A stretch of 64,000 nt of DNA, taken from the NCBI GenBank assembly GCA_951406725.2, contig OX597818.1, positions 146,444,001 to 146,508,000 of the forward strand, given 5' to 3'. This document shows positions 1 through 14,209 of this stretch, piece by piece. The translations under genes were made by a program, and so were the position numbers. Position 1 is the first letter of the stretch; the number at the start of each line of letters is the position of its first letter. The DNA comes from Octopus vulgaris (lineage: Eukaryota). The notes beneath the pieces are model-generated. The model ran no database searches. It was not told the DNA's origin and saw nothing but the letters and a program-made list of their open reading frames with translations.

Positions 1-385
<385 letters not shown>

Positions 386-819
386 AGAGGGGAACGTGTA
401 TCTAAGAAGACAGAGTCAGTAACCAACCAATAATGCTGCAGAATCAATTAAAGAAATGAGTGGACAAGTATTGGAATAAGTCAATAGCAACTGCACGCAT
501 TGAAGTTTATTTTAGTTGTCGGTTCAGTAAACATAGGAAAATCTGTTCATGGCGCAATAGAATACAAATGACTCTTTGACGAAGCATATTTTCCCTGTGT
601 AATTAATTGGAAAATACCAGCGGAAATTTGTTGAAATAAGTACACACAGACATTCATATACATACATGAATGTCAGGTTGTTCATATTTGAGCAGATACG
701 CACAATCAAACGTGGACACTCACACACGCTTGCGCACAATATATTTACGCGTATGCACGTATGTTTGTATGTATATTTATGTGTATGTCTGTGTATACGC
801 ATATATGTATATATATATA

Positions 820-893
<74 letters not shown>

Positions 894-913
894 CTTATAA
901 ATATATGAGTTTG

Positions 914-959
<46 letters not shown>

Positions 960-1995
960 TATATATATATATACATGTGTGTGAGTATGTGTGTTTGTGG
1001 GTGGGTGAAGGATATGTTTAATCTTAATTATATCTTCAATGTTTAAATTATATCCTCAATGATGAGTGTGTGTATTATGTATGCATATATGTATGTATGT
1101 ATGTATGTATGCATGCATGTATGCATACATGTATGTATGTATATAGCTTGTATTACTTCGTTTTAGCTGTACTTGTACTCTGTTATCATATACCATTATA
1201 TTACTGCTCTAAACCTGATTAGTTTTCAATTTTATGGAGAACTTTTTAACACCTTGTACAAAAAGCATTTTCTTTATCATTGCGTTGCACTTATTTCAAT
1301 TATACATACACACAGAAATACATAAAAGCGCTCTCACAAAATAAAAACAGACACACACACACTCTCTCTCTCTCACACACACACACACATACACACAACA
1401 CACACACACACACACACACACATATATGCAAAGTGTCGTAAGTCCAAAACGTTGCTTTTTCAGAAAATGAAAATGCAGTTTCCCCATTCCATAGCAAAAC
1501 CGTTGTAATCCACTTTGACAATTTTTGATATCTTGGCATCTGAAGTAGCTGGAGATGCGATAGTTTGAACAAAGAAACGGCTATCGCAAGCAAAAATAAA
1601 TATTGAAAAAAATGTATTTGGCCAAAATTTTAACATAATACCAATGCTATATATGTATGCGCTTCTCTTTTCTGTATTTGGCTTACAAGATTCTTGATAT
1701 AGACAGCTGTGTTGTAACAAATCTTGTTGTGTCTTGGGAGAGTCATTACGTCAATAACAATAACATGGTAGCAGATCTTGGGAAGAGAAGAGAAGTCACT
1801 AAGTCACTGAAAACGTCACGTACAGAGAGGAAAGTACTTTGACTATCAAACAAACGATTCATCATTTAACCAACACATTAAACAAACAACCGATTCGTGA
1901 GTTAGACATTTAACCAATTGACTAACAATAAAGAAATGATGTTGAACAAGTGCATTTGTTACTATTATTCTCGTAGTGACTTCCGAAGAATGCAA

Positions 1996-2235
<240 letters not shown>

Positions 2236-2724
2236 GAAGGGTCGTTCTTTATATTGTGTGTCTTGTTTTCCATTTGTGTTTTCGTCTTTCGAAAACATCG
2301 TTCCTATTCCATGTACTCGAACATCGTGTTTTTTGTTGTGTATTATATATATATATATAATATATATGCATGTATACATACTTACATCTCTACGTATATA
2401 TATATATACGTAGAGATGTAAGTATGTATACATGCATATATATTATATATATATATAAAATGACTATCATTATATCATTTACTCTTCACCAAACCCATAT
2501 GACGGTATAATCGTTGTGAAACCAGGACATTCATCAAAAACTTTTTCCAGCCACCGCTTTTCCGAACGTACTGAAGAAGGGGTCTTCATTCTGAAATACA
2601 GAAATACAAAGTAAAACTGCAACATTGTTCTGTTTTGTTTACATTCTATAGTTTTTTTTACCTTCTCGCGTTGTTCCCGGTTTCACACAGCTACATTCTT
2701 TAAACACACACACACACACACACA

Positions 2725-2773
<49 letters not shown>

Positions 2774-3174
2774 ACACACATACATATATAAAGGAATCCC
2801 ATAAAATATGGATTCAGAGAATCATGGAGCTTTCAAAGTAAGCACTCCATTCTTCTATCACTTTACGTAATAATTAATTACTACTATTTCATCCTTTACC
2901 TTTCTCTCTGACTGAAAATCCTAGTTCTTGCTTATTTTATTATTTTTATCTCTTTGCTCACATATAATTTGTGTACGGCTGTATAAGGGTACACCATATA
3001 CATATATATATATATATATATATGTTTATTGAAATGGATAAATAAATTATCTTGTTACGGATTATTCAAAGTTTAACCGATACCTGGGTAGCAAAAATCA
3101 CAACAGAAAAAACACGGTTGAGGTTACGACCATGTGGTGTCGCAACCGTGCCTTAGCGCGGATAATTGAAGTTT

Positions 3175-3537
3175 TATATATTTAGTGACGGGAAGAAATG
3201 GAGCTGAACGAAGATTCTACAAAATTCCTTTTTATTATTTTTTTTTTTTTACACATGTTTCAAAGGCTGCAAATTTCCAAATTCGGATTGAATAAGGAGA
3301 CCATTTTGCAGCTTTCTCTTCAGGAAAAACCAGGAATTTAAATCTCCAAACAAATGCGCAGCAAGCTATTCGAACAAAACGCTCCCTAGGAGCCCATGGT
3401 TTTTCCTGAAGAGAAAGCTGCAAAATGGTCTCCTTATTCAATCCGAATTTGGAAATTTGCAGCCTTTGAAACATGTATAGAAAATAATAAAAAGGAATTT
3501 TGTAGAATCTTCGTTCAGCTCCATTTCTTCCCTTCAC

Positions 3538-3547
<10 letters not shown>
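3175..3547. mobile_element. Fold-back element with ~150 bp inverted arms, each carrying a hammerhead-like motif (probable Penelope pLTR derivative)
   Basis: 3175-3332 is the near-perfect reverse complement of 3397-3547, with a 64 nt spacer and TA runs at both ends. The right arm reads CTGAAGA-GAAAGCTGCAAA...TTTGCAGCCTTT-GAAA-CATGTA. Confidence 0.8.
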
Positions 3548-3576
<29 letters not shown>

Positions 3577-3629
3577 GGAGTGTGTACATGCGTATGTATG
3601 TGTATGTATGTATGCATATATATATATAC

Positions 3630-3679
<50 letters not shown>

Positions 3680-3681
<2 letters not shown>

Positions 3682-3782
3682 GACGGATTTCTTTCATTTT
3701 CTGTCTACCAAATCCACTGGCAAGGTTATGGTCGGCTAAATCTTGTTCAGGGTTGCAAATATTTATGGCCAAGTGTCCGTCT
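3680..3782 (-). mobile_element. Fragment of tRNA-derived SINE family A
   Basis: Matches the reverse complement of the central part of the 4849-5249 copy (tctaccaaatccact...ggtcggc). Confidence 0.7.
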
Positions 3783-3999
3783 TAAGGTACACTTTTACTG
3801 TACTGTGATGTCAGCACCAGTCATGCAAACTAATGACTATCATTTTCAAATCACCCCCCCGCCGGATTATCGGAATCGCCAGACTTGTGAATGCCAGACA
3901 AGTGCGCTTCGTCCTCACCATTCTGGCGCTCGAATGTAATATTTGAACTCAGATTATAAAAGTATAAAATTAATATTTTCTTTTTCTTTTGTCTTCAGC

Positions 4000-4250
4000 C
4001 GACAGGGTCATGTGACCGAAGCTTGCTCGGACTATCGAGGTATTTAGGCAGAGAGCTTAAGAGGCCTCACTCTGAACGGGGTGCCTTTCCGTCAAACTGT
4101 TCAGCTCAAATGCCACTGGCACTCTTTTCCACCGACTTTATTGAAGCAACATCAAATGAAACACTTTACTCAAGAATAAAACACGCTGCCTAGTTCAAGA
4201 ATCGAAACCACAACCGGACTGTCGATATCACAACACTCGAGAATTAAGCT
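4000..4250 (-). mobile_element. Diverged tRNA-derived SINE (third family)
   Basis: Minus strand shows a B-box-like GGTTTCGATTCT followed by a CORE-like TTCTTGAGTAAAG segment. Confidence 0.45.
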
Positions 4251-4663
4251 GCGTGTTTTCCCATAAAACAAAATACTGCAAGGTATCCACCTCAGCGCTT
4301 TACAGTTCTATCAACTAATCACGTTTTCTTCTGTCTGTTCTATTAATTGGCTCTGAATCGACTACCTTTCGTCGCTGTTCAGAAATCGTAATTGATTGAA
4401 TATTTATTAGTTCCGATTGATTAATATGGTTTGGGCAATACGCATCAATTTTAAATCAATTTCTACGAGAATGACGTCAGTATATTTGACGCTTAAAATG
4501 TTCATCATATCGTTTGTCGTAGCAGTCGCCTCCGAATGTATTTCTGTAGATAACGCTCACAACACACACATACTCGCACACATGCACGCGCACACACAGA
4601 AACATGCACACACATAGCTTACATTATATATTTATCCATGTATGCATATGTATACATATATAC

Positions 4664-4713
<50 letters not shown>

Positions 4714-4786
4714 GGGGTAATAAGAATTATAGAATTTTTTTTATTACCAGTGGCCTAGCGCAAAAAAATTTAGTCAATAGACTATA

Positions 4787-4848
<62 letters not shown>

Positions 4849-4850
<2 letters not shown>

Positions 4851-5003
4851 CGTAGGAGTGGCTGTGTGGTAAGTAGCTTGCTTACCAACCACATGGTTCC
4901 GGGTTCAGTCCCACTGCATGGCACCTTGAGTAAGTACCTTCTACTATAACCTCGAGCCGACCAAAGCCTTGTGAGTGGATTTGTTAGAAAGAATCCCGTC
5001 GTA

Positions 5004-5043
<40 letters not shown>

Positions 5044-5249
5044 AGTATATGTTTGTGTGTCTGTGCCCCCTCCCACCAACATGGTGTTGTGTTTACGTCC
5101 CCGTAACTTAGTGGATCGGCAAAAGGGACCGATAGAATAAGTACTAGGCTTACAAAGAATAAGTCCTGGGGTCGACTTGCTCAACTAAAGGCGGTACTCC
5201 AGCATGGCCACAGTCAAATGACTGAAACAAGTAAAAGAGTAAAAGAGTA
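4849..5249 (+). mobile_element. tRNA-derived SINE family A (CORE-like, resembling octopus OR-type SINEs), full length with internal (TA)/(TG) tract
   Basis: A box TGGCTGTGTGGT, B box GGTTCAGTCCC, CORE-like GCACCTTGAGTAAGT and a (AAAGAGT) tail; many homologous copies in the window. Confidence 0.9.
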
Positions 5250-5883
5250 TACACACACATACATTTATATATAATATATACATATATATATATGCATATA
5301 TACATATATATGTGTGTGTGTGTGTGTGTGTGCGCATTCACACAGACACATACACATATTTATATATATTTGACAATTTGATAATTTTATCCAACAGACA
5401 AATAGAGGAAACCGCAAGCACTTTTTAGAAGAAAATGTTGCTCTCATGAAACACATGAAATTCTGAAGAAACGTACACAGTCACTCATAGTAAGCACACT
5501 CACATACACACGCATATATACGTATGTGTGGAAATAAATTTACACACACATATGGGTACAAATGCATAGGTGTATATACATATATACATACATGTAATAC
5601 GTATGGGCGTATATGATAGTAGAGCGCTTGCGTGCATATATCTATGCGCATGTGTGTTTAATTTTATCAGAATTTCATTGGTTTCATGTGATCTAACTTT
5701 TGTGTAACCGTTTTATGTATACAGACAACGTAAAAACAAATGTAAAGAAACCTAAACGAAATAGCATTATTTATTTAATGAAGTAAAAAGAGAACAGAAA
5801 AATAATGTTACTTCGAACTAATCATACACATACATGTCAGTGTATGTGTATACGTATATAAGTAGATAGATAGAGAGATATAG

Positions 5884-6019
<136 letters not shown>

Positions 6020-6315
6020 CTAGATAGATAGATAGATAGATAAAGTTACAGAATGTCAATAGTAATATAACATGATTACCAAACATTGGTTATATCGGTT
6101 ACGATGAAGATATACACACACACTGTACAATATATTATATATTGCTATAACTATATTTGCATTTATGTATACAGGTATGTATGTAATATATGTATATATA
6201 CAAATATGCATGCTTGTATGTAAATATGTAAGCGTGTACATATACATATCATATATATGTGTGTATATATGTATATGTACACATACGTTCATACATGCTT
6301 ATATATATATCTATA

Positions 6316-6359
<44 letters not shown>

Positions 6360-6362
<3 letters not shown>

Positions 6363-7410
6363 GGAATTTACAAAAAAGAAGAAAAAAAACGAAGACGGGT
6401 GTGTAAACAAGAAACAGATGTATTAGTTTAACACCCGGGAAGTGAGAAAGTCTTTTACCTTTCGAGCCTATGCTCTTCTGCAGAACGAAACACAGAACTA
6501 AGCAGAGAGGGAAAATATAAAAAAAAAGTTTAGTGGCTAGCGATCAATCATGGCGAATCCTTGACAGAGGTGGTCAGACAGGAGAGCTAGGAAGAAGGGG
6601 AGAAAAAATAAAGTAGTGTTGATCCCAAAACAAAGGTGTGCGTGCGTGTATATGCCTGTGGATAGGGGTGTCGTTGCCTAGTCTGATGTCTCGGAGGTGT
6701 TCCGCGAACCGTTCAGCCAAGCGGCATCCCGTTTGACCGATGTGCAAAGAAGGACTGAGTGAGCAGGAGATGCAGTAGATGAATTTCTAGAAGTGCAGGT
6801 GAAGGAGTTAGTGATATGATAGGATCGATGATGGGTACCGGTGAAGATGGTGGTGTTGGAGAGGTAAGGGAAACTGCGGCAGCGTGGGTGGGAGCAGGGG
6901 ATCGAGCCGGGTTGGGAGGTTGGGTTAGGGAAGAAACTTTTGACCAGGAGGTCACGTAGGTTGTGGGCTCGCTTGAAGGAGGGGAGGGGTCAGTTAGAGA
7001 AGATGTGCGAAGTGAAGGGGTCGGATTGGAGACGCCGGAGAGCTCTAAGAATGGTGCGTTGGAGAGGTAGGATGGAGGGTGGTAGGTGAGGGGAAACGTG
7101 AGACGAGTGACGGCGGGCAGGTGCGGGGGGAGAGAGCAGATGCACGTTCCACGGAACGTGCTCGGGCAAGGGCGGTGTGGATAGTGGTGAGGGGAAATCC
7201 ACGTAGGATGAAGTGGTGAGCCATGAGTTGAGACTGAGTCTCAAAGTCATGGTTGTCACTGCAGAGCCTACGCAGACGAAGGAATTGGGAATAGGGGATG
7301 GAGAGCTTAGTATGTATAGAATGGGAGGAGGAAAAATTGAGGTATGAGTGTGAGTGTGTGTGTTTGTAGTGGATGGAGGTGGTGAGAGTGGAGTGATGAA
7401 TGCTTGACAT
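6360..7410 (-). mobile_element. 5'-truncated Penelope-like retroelement: RT C-terminus, GIY-YIG endonuclease and 3' pLTR
   Basis: ORF 7045-7410 contains H..HTKLSIPYSQFLRLRRLCS (PLE RT thumb). Minus 6660-6810 translates with a frameshift to SFTCTS.N/IYCISCSLSPSLHIGQTGCRLAERFAEH (GIY-YIG). The terminal 6360-6555 is homologous to 12814-13000. Confidence 0.88.
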
Positions 7411-8129
7411 GTATTTATATATTTATATACATATAGAGATATATTTAGTTGCTCACGTTTATGTGTGCTTGCTTGTGTATGTGAGTGTGTGCACTTTTGC
7501 TGCGTATATGTTCGTGCGTTTGTGTTCGAATCCTTTCAAACGGAAATGAAGATAACAGAAACTGAAAGTTCCGAAAATTCCTTGAAATGTACATGATGAA
7601 TAATTACGGTTGACAGTATACTGTAGGTGTATATTCCAGCGTTTCGTTGCTATAGTTACTTAGCTGATTCATTTGCTATTTCAGCATGTAGTGAAACGTG
7701 ATGTCATAACAGCTTCAATCAAATTAACTAGTTTAATGTTAGTTATCGTGCTTTCTGCACACTGAGCATGATGTGTGCAAAATATGTTGTACATCAATCA
7801 CTGCATCGTGTCACAACATCGCTGAAAGTCTTTGTTCGGTTCGAGTTCTGATTGATTTGTTTTTTTATTTCCTGTCTAAATCTAAATCAATTTCTTGTAT
7901 ATTGTTGTAGCTATCATAGGACTACACATAAATGAGTGTTTATCATTTCTTCTGAAATCCTGGTATATTTGAAAATTTGTTATATACATTTTGTTTCGCA
8001 TCCCTATTTTAAGTACTTTGCCCAGCCCTTTGTTTCCCCTTCTACATCGTGCTGTCCATTTTCTCTAGGTTTAATGGTCTTTATAACATATATTCTCTCC
8101 TTTGATTAATACGATTTCATCCTTGTACG

Positions 8130-8325
8130 GTAGTTACAAAGCCTGAACATTTGCAAGAGGGTACTAGCCGATTACATCGACTACCGTGCTCCACTGGCTC
8201 TTATTTTATCGACCCGAAAGGATAAAAGGCAAAGCTGACGTAGCCAGACTTTGAACAGAAAACGCAAAGACAAAGGAAATGCCGCTAAGCATTTCGTCCG
8301 TTAACGGTGCTTCCAACTCGCCAAA
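8130..8325 (-). mobile_element. tRNA-derived SINE family B (Meta-domain type), diverged
   Basis: ttttatcgacccgaaaggataaaaggcaaag is the reverse complement of the family B central domain. Confidence 0.75.
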
Positions 8326-8899
8326 TTCATTCATACTATTTTACTAACTTAATGTTAAGTGAGGCGGACCTGCTGTATGTTAGAGTGATTTTTTTTCTTG
8401 GAATTCACTTTCATAGTGTTAAAAATGTACGTTCGATATATTGACTCTGCGTGCTCTATGTAAGGTGTCCTTTGAATATATTTTAATTAGGAGCAGAATA
8501 GAGCTACAACATGAATCAGAAGAGGCAAAAACAGGGGAGTATGTTCGGAATGGAAATATAGTTGCAGAGTATTGGTGATTGATAGCATTTGTACGTCACA
8601 GAGAAAGTGAAAGGAAAAGAAAAGTTTGACTGAATGATCGATTTACTGATTGATTGAAGAAGCAAAAACATGCAATGTTACTGAATGTTTGGTTATCAAA
8701 ATTCTTGTAATTTTTTAGAATCATCTTTCCTTTTCTTCATGTTTGTGATTTTTCTTTCTTTTTTTTTTTTGAGACATATTGTCTCGAAAAGTTCATTGTT
8801 CAGTCTGTCATTGCATCCTCTCTTTGAGCAAAAATGTGGTATGCTACGATTTGAGAAATTTCTTGTGCCAAAATTTGAAACCAATATTACATTTGGATA

Positions 8900-9300
8900 G
8901 AACAGAATTCTTAGCGCACCAGCAAAAATGCTTAGAGGCATTTCGTCCGTCTTTAGGCTCTGAGTTATAATTCCACCGAGGTCGACTTTGTCTTCTACCA
9001 TTTCGGGGTCGATAAAATAAGTATTAATTGAGCACTGGAGTTGATATACACGACCTTACCCGAAATCCCCCGCCTTGTGGAAAATTTTGAAACAAATATT
9101 ACATTTGAAGGTGCAGGATTGTTACAGTTGTTAGAATGTTGGATAGGCTGCTTCACGATATTTGCTGATTTTTTGCGTTGTGAGTTCAGACCCCGCCATG
9201 GTTAACATTATTTTTCGTCCTTTCAAGAACTATAGAAAATCACAAGTTCACGGCAGTGTATTAGTAGAATCGTTAAAGCGTCGGATGGAACGCGTTGTTG
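8900..9300 (+). mobile_element. SINE family B cluster (one near-full copy plus degraded copies)
   Basis: ccgaggtcgactttgtcttctaccatttcggggtcgataaaataagt and repeated tagaatcgtta heads. Confidence 0.75.
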
Positions 9301-9487
9301 CAACAGTAAGAAACTGCGACACTTATGTCTGGAGTTACGATCAATAGAGAGCAGTAACAATTTCAAAAACCTTGATCTGATCGAAAGATCGGCTAGCATC
9401 ATCACCACCAATAGTATTACATAAATATTAATCAGTCTTTGCCATGACTCTTTATTCTAGTTAACATTCTAAATTAAATGTTGCTTT

Positions 9488-9514
9488 CTAAGATTGTTTC
9501 ATCGGCACTTCGTG

Positions 9515-9548
<34 letters not shown>

Positions 9549-9575
9549 CACGAAGTGCCGATGAAACAATCTTAG
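9488..9575. repeat. Perfect 27 bp inverted repeat enclosing a (TA)n tract
   Basis: ctaagattgtttcatcggcacttcgtg (9488-9514) and cacgaagtgccgatgaaacaatcttag (9549-9575). Confidence 0.92.
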
Positions 9576-9919
9576 ACAATATTTGCTGCGGAGTAGATGG
9601 CGCGATTACGGTGAATTCGAAAATTTACGATATATAGACCCGAGGCTTAGATGGTGTAGCCTCGTGTATATATATCTGCCTCCTATTTTGGTGACTTTGC
9701 TGACGAGACAAGCCAAGCGTAAACGGATTTAATTTAATTTAATTAAATTTGATTGCGTGAAGATGTTGAAACCTTGCAGGGTACAAAGTTTGAAGGGGAT
9801 AAATGTTTTTTATTTTCCTCTAGTTTCAGAATTATTACTATTTTTTGCGGTTTTGAGTTTTAGCTGCTCTTTTCAAGTGAGTCGAACGACCTTCTCAGGG
9901 TCATTCCTTAATATTTTGT

Positions 9920-9971
<52 letters not shown>

Positions 9972-11314
9972 AGATATTAGGGAATAAATCCAAACTTACA
10001 GGGAAAAATCAGATTTAGGATTAAATCCTATTTTATAGTATAAATGTTATATTATATTATATTAAATTAGAGATAAAACCACTATTAGGCAAATCAAACA
10101 GTGAAAAACATAAGCCAATACATAAAATTAACACTAGCTAAGTTAGTTGCACATTTGACGGCCCTAGTTACACGTCTTTTACAGTGTTCACTATCAACGC
10201 CACACAACTCCTTTCACTTATATCTATTATCATTCTGCAGCTTAAAAGCACCAAACTTAAACACATGCAAAATTCCTTCATGTCTCGCTACACATCTCTC
10301 GTTCTTCCAATGCTCTACATTTTTTAAACATTCACACACAAAGATAAAAATTAATTCTTATACTCTCACTTTGCTTAGCACTTAACAATTCAAAATAAAT
10401 TACTATGCTTTATAAACAAAACATACCTTCTCACATTTATTTCTATGTACACTTAATTCCACGTTATATTGTGACATTGTTATCTTCCAACGCATTACAT
10501 TCGAACATGTTACAACTTTGAAATAACTTGCCTTCTGGATTTTCTTTACACACACATTAAATTAATGACAACATATACGTTAAATTGACGACTACCAATC
10601 CACTAAACATTTTTATGAAGAACAATAACGTAGAAAAAGAAATGCAATAGTTAGAAGCTGTAACCAATGTCATTTCATAAATTTGGTCTTTACTTGATGC
10701 TAAGCTTTAATACAATTGGCCTTATTTCAATTCAGTACAAAGGTCTTTATTTTAAAATGACAATTAAATAGAATTTGCACCACTCATGCATTTAGCAAAG
10801 TAAGGATCAATATAAAGGACGTTAATTTCCGTTAAAAAGAGAACCTAATTTAATGAGGATTAATACTGCAAAATATCGTCCATTTTCTTTACAGCTTTTG
10901 GCAAATGTTTATAACATGGATAGATTTTTTTTGATGCTATCGATGTTTTGAGAGATGTAGTGAACTATTCTATTTTGACGCTTATACAATTCCCAAACAC
11001 GTTAAAAGCGAAATTATATAAATTAGAATGAGCTGAAAATCGAACCTGAATCACATTCTTGTCTCACAAGTGACATATTTATATCTGCCAAGCTTTATCA
11101 ATAATTTTTTTTAATTTTGACACAACGTTAACAACTAAAAAAAAGGGGTGAGTTAGTCGATTACATGGACATCAGTACTAGAATAATAGTTTATTTTATC
11201 GACCACAGAAAAATGGAAAGTAAAGTTGTATGCCACACAGTATTTTTCCTGTTGCTTAACGAGATTTTAGGCTCAAAACGAGCCAAGGTAACAAATGCAA
11301 AGAATGGTATAGAA

Positions 11315-11719
11315 CAGAGGTTCTCAACATGGGCGGTACTGCCCCCAAGAGCCACTGGATAGGTGAAAGGGGGCGTTAGGTTGTAGGGAGGGGGGTTAAG
11401 TAACATACACATAATAAATTTTACTTATGGTAGTAATTATATTATACATGACAAAATTAGTAACGGGTGTTAAAATAAAATGAGATCACATCAGACACAG
11501 GGAAGTCATTAACTTGCAATGTGTAAAGTAAATTTACCGTTTTTGTCTTTATTAATTTAGCTGTTAAAAGCTTATACAGTCCATTTGTAGAGTAAAATTT
11601 ATCATCCACGTTAAGTTAATTTAGTCTTGATACCATACTCGACACTTAGGAGGGTGCTAGTCATAACAACTACTTTAAAGGAGTGGGGTGCAACAAAAAT
11701 AAATGGTTAAGAACCACTG
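11315..11719. mobile_element. hAT (Charlie-like) MITE
   Basis: TIRs CAGAGGTTCTCAAC...GTTAAGAACCACTG; 8 bp TSD GTATAGAA/GTATAGAC (7 of 8), resembling the NTCTAGAN target preference. Confidence 0.85.
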
Positions 11720-12538
11720 GTATAGACGGTAAATCAGTCCATTATTCATCTGGTACTTATTTTATCGACCCAGAAGGATAAAATATAGTACTGTTGATAT
11801 TTGAAACAGCAACGCAAAAAGGGAAAAAAACTATGAGGCAAAAGAAACCTCCTTCCACAGTTTATGCGACTCTCAAATGACTCGGCCAATGCACCGCTGT
11901 TAGATTATAAATATTGATTCCTTGCAATAGGAAAATGTATGACAAACCACTAAGTGACCACGCATTTCACATGCACTCTTACAGCTAGTGTTAAATAAGG
12001 GACATCGTTACGTTAAGCAGATTAAAGACGAATTACCATTCTATTTGAAATTCCGCAAATTGCACGAAGCGTATTACCATATTGTCTGTTCTATACTTCC
12101 ACCTACCTCCTCTAGATGCCAAGAGAAATGCATGCAGTTTATGTAAATCTTGTAGTCAAATACTTTTATCCGCTTGGCTATTTCCTCTCGACGTTCAATG
12201 CATACAACGCCGAGAATAACTCCGCTTAGAAATATAGATATCTCAGTTATTGTTGGAATAGTCAATTACATCAAGCTCTTTATCACAAATCCTAACAATA
12301 AATATTTATATCAATATGGAAATAATACTATAGATGCACACACATTAACACAAACACACACACATCGACACACAATTTCATATACGTACATGCAAATTTT
12401 CTTGTGTTGTTTTATATTTGCGGGTGTGTGACTGTGTGAGTATAGAAATATAGATAAATGAACAGATAGATGATGTCATGCTTACATTTATAAAATAAGT
12501 AAAAGGATATATGCATTAAAACGCTAAACTATTCCTAT

Positions 12539-12573
<35 letters not shown>

Positions 12574-12575
12574 AC

Positions 12576-12619
<44 letters not shown>

Positions 12620-12775
12620 ATTGATTACTACAATAAAAGGACACTAACCATTATTACATTTCTTTATATTATTGTCTCAAATATGAATTCATTTCGTGTT
12701 AGCAAGCTTTCACCGAGTCGGTTTATGCGAGTAATCTGATATTTACATACTATACATACATTCATACACACACAC

Positions 12776-12812
<37 letters not shown>

Positions 12813-12813
12813 T

Positions 12814-13000
12814 CGCCATGATAGATCGGTAGCGACTACACACATTTTTTCTCTCCTTGTTTCTTTCTGTGTTCCCTTCTGTGGAAGAGCGTAGGCTCGA
12901 AACGTAAAAGACTTTTTGAATTTCCGAGCGTTAAACTAATACATCTGTTTGTTTTCTACACCACCTGTTTTCGTCTTTTGTTTTTTCGTGAATTCTCTGC
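12814..13000 (+). mobile_element. Solo Penelope-like pLTR with variant hammerhead motif
   Basis: Reverse-complement homolog of 6360-6555; flanked by TA-rich tracts. Confidence 0.8.
12875..12910 (+). ncRNA. Minimal type-I hammerhead-like ribozyme with non-canonical core
   Basis: CCTT-CTGTGGA-A-GAGC-gtag-GCTC-GAAA-CGTA-AAAG: stem I, variant core, 4 bp stem II, palindromic stem III (ACGT) and a GUA site. Confidence 0.6.
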
Positions 13001-13062
13001 ATATATCACTCTCTCCCTATATATATATATATAAATATACATAATACATACAGACACACACT

Positions 13063-14200
13063 CGAAGGTGGGATGAAAAGTTCATAGTCTGAATATTAAG
13101 GAGTGATACTAGAGCTATGAAATCTTGCACGCATTAATTGCAACACTACTAATTAATAACGCCATTGTATTGTTTCTTTCCAGTCAAACTAACATTTAGC
13201 TGAAAGAAGATTTCAGAAGTAACTAGTAGCGACCTTTCTTGAAAATGGACAAAATTTGGCATTGCCGTGTTATCAAGTAACTGGAGAAAAAGGTTTTAAC
13301 TCTCAAGAACATTCAGGTTGGTATGGTTGCGACATTAGGGGATGACGCTCCAGCTTTATCGGCTGTGCAAAAGTGGGCAGCTGAATTTAGAAGAGAAAGA
13401 GAGAACCTTGAAGATGACCCGAGGTCTGGACGTCCTGCAACTGCTACCACCGAGAAAAACATTGACTGTGTTCACAACATGTTGATGGATGACAGACAAT
13501 TGACTATGAATCAAATAGTCAATGTTATTAACATAACCTGTGAGAAAGTTAAGAATATTCTGAACAATGAACTTGGCAAGACGAAGGTTTCTGCTTGGTG
13601 GGTGCCACGTCTTCTGATACGTAATCAAAAATGCTCCAGTCTGATCACATCACAGAGAAACCTCATATCTTTAAAAGCAGCTCCAGCTGATTTCCTAGAA
13701 TCTTTCCTAAGCCAGGATGACTGTTTTGATTCATCACTTTGAACCATAGGCAAAGAGACAATCCATGCAGTGGACACACTTCTCACCTATTCTAAAGAAG
13801 GTCAAGATCGTTTCATTTGCAGGGAAGGTGATGGCCTTAGTTTTTGACAGGAAAAATTACTGTGTTATTGACTATCTTCAAAAGGGCTATAAAATCAGTC
13901 AAGTGTACTATGCCAACATAGTAAGGTAAACGCCCAGGAAGACAGGCGGAAGGAGTCTGACTTCATCAGGACAATACTCCTGCACACATCAATGACTGAT
14001 GTGTGTGGCTATGGCTTTCAACTCGTTGATAACGTCCCATTTTCTCCCTATTTGGCCGCACGTGACTATTAGCTGGTGACCAATATGAATTAACACTTGG
14101 CTGGGAAGCAGTATCGCAGTGATGATGGCGTCATATCTGCTATCGATTTCTCTCATGAAAGCTTCTTCACCACAAGGATCCAAGCACAGCAACACCTATT
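13063..14200 (+). mobile_element. Degraded mariner transposon (transposase pseudogene)
   Basis: TIR-like CGAAGGTGGGATGAAAAGTTCATAG. ORF 13323-13742 has the HTH region, LEDDPRSGRP and WVPRLL. Downstream QDNTPAH and a PFSPYLA variant of YSPDLAP occur with stops and frameshifts. Confidence 0.9.
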
Positions 14201-14209
14201 AAAGAATTG

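Noticed and set aside
1535-1605. CTGAAGT followed by a GCGATAG/CTATCGC hairpin
   Set aside because: Both core segments deviate from the hammerhead consensus; insufficient support.
2565-2610. Hammerhead-like CTGAAGA...GAAA
   Set aside because: Stem II is weak and no stem I or cleavage triplet can be assigned; at most a heavily decayed pLTR.
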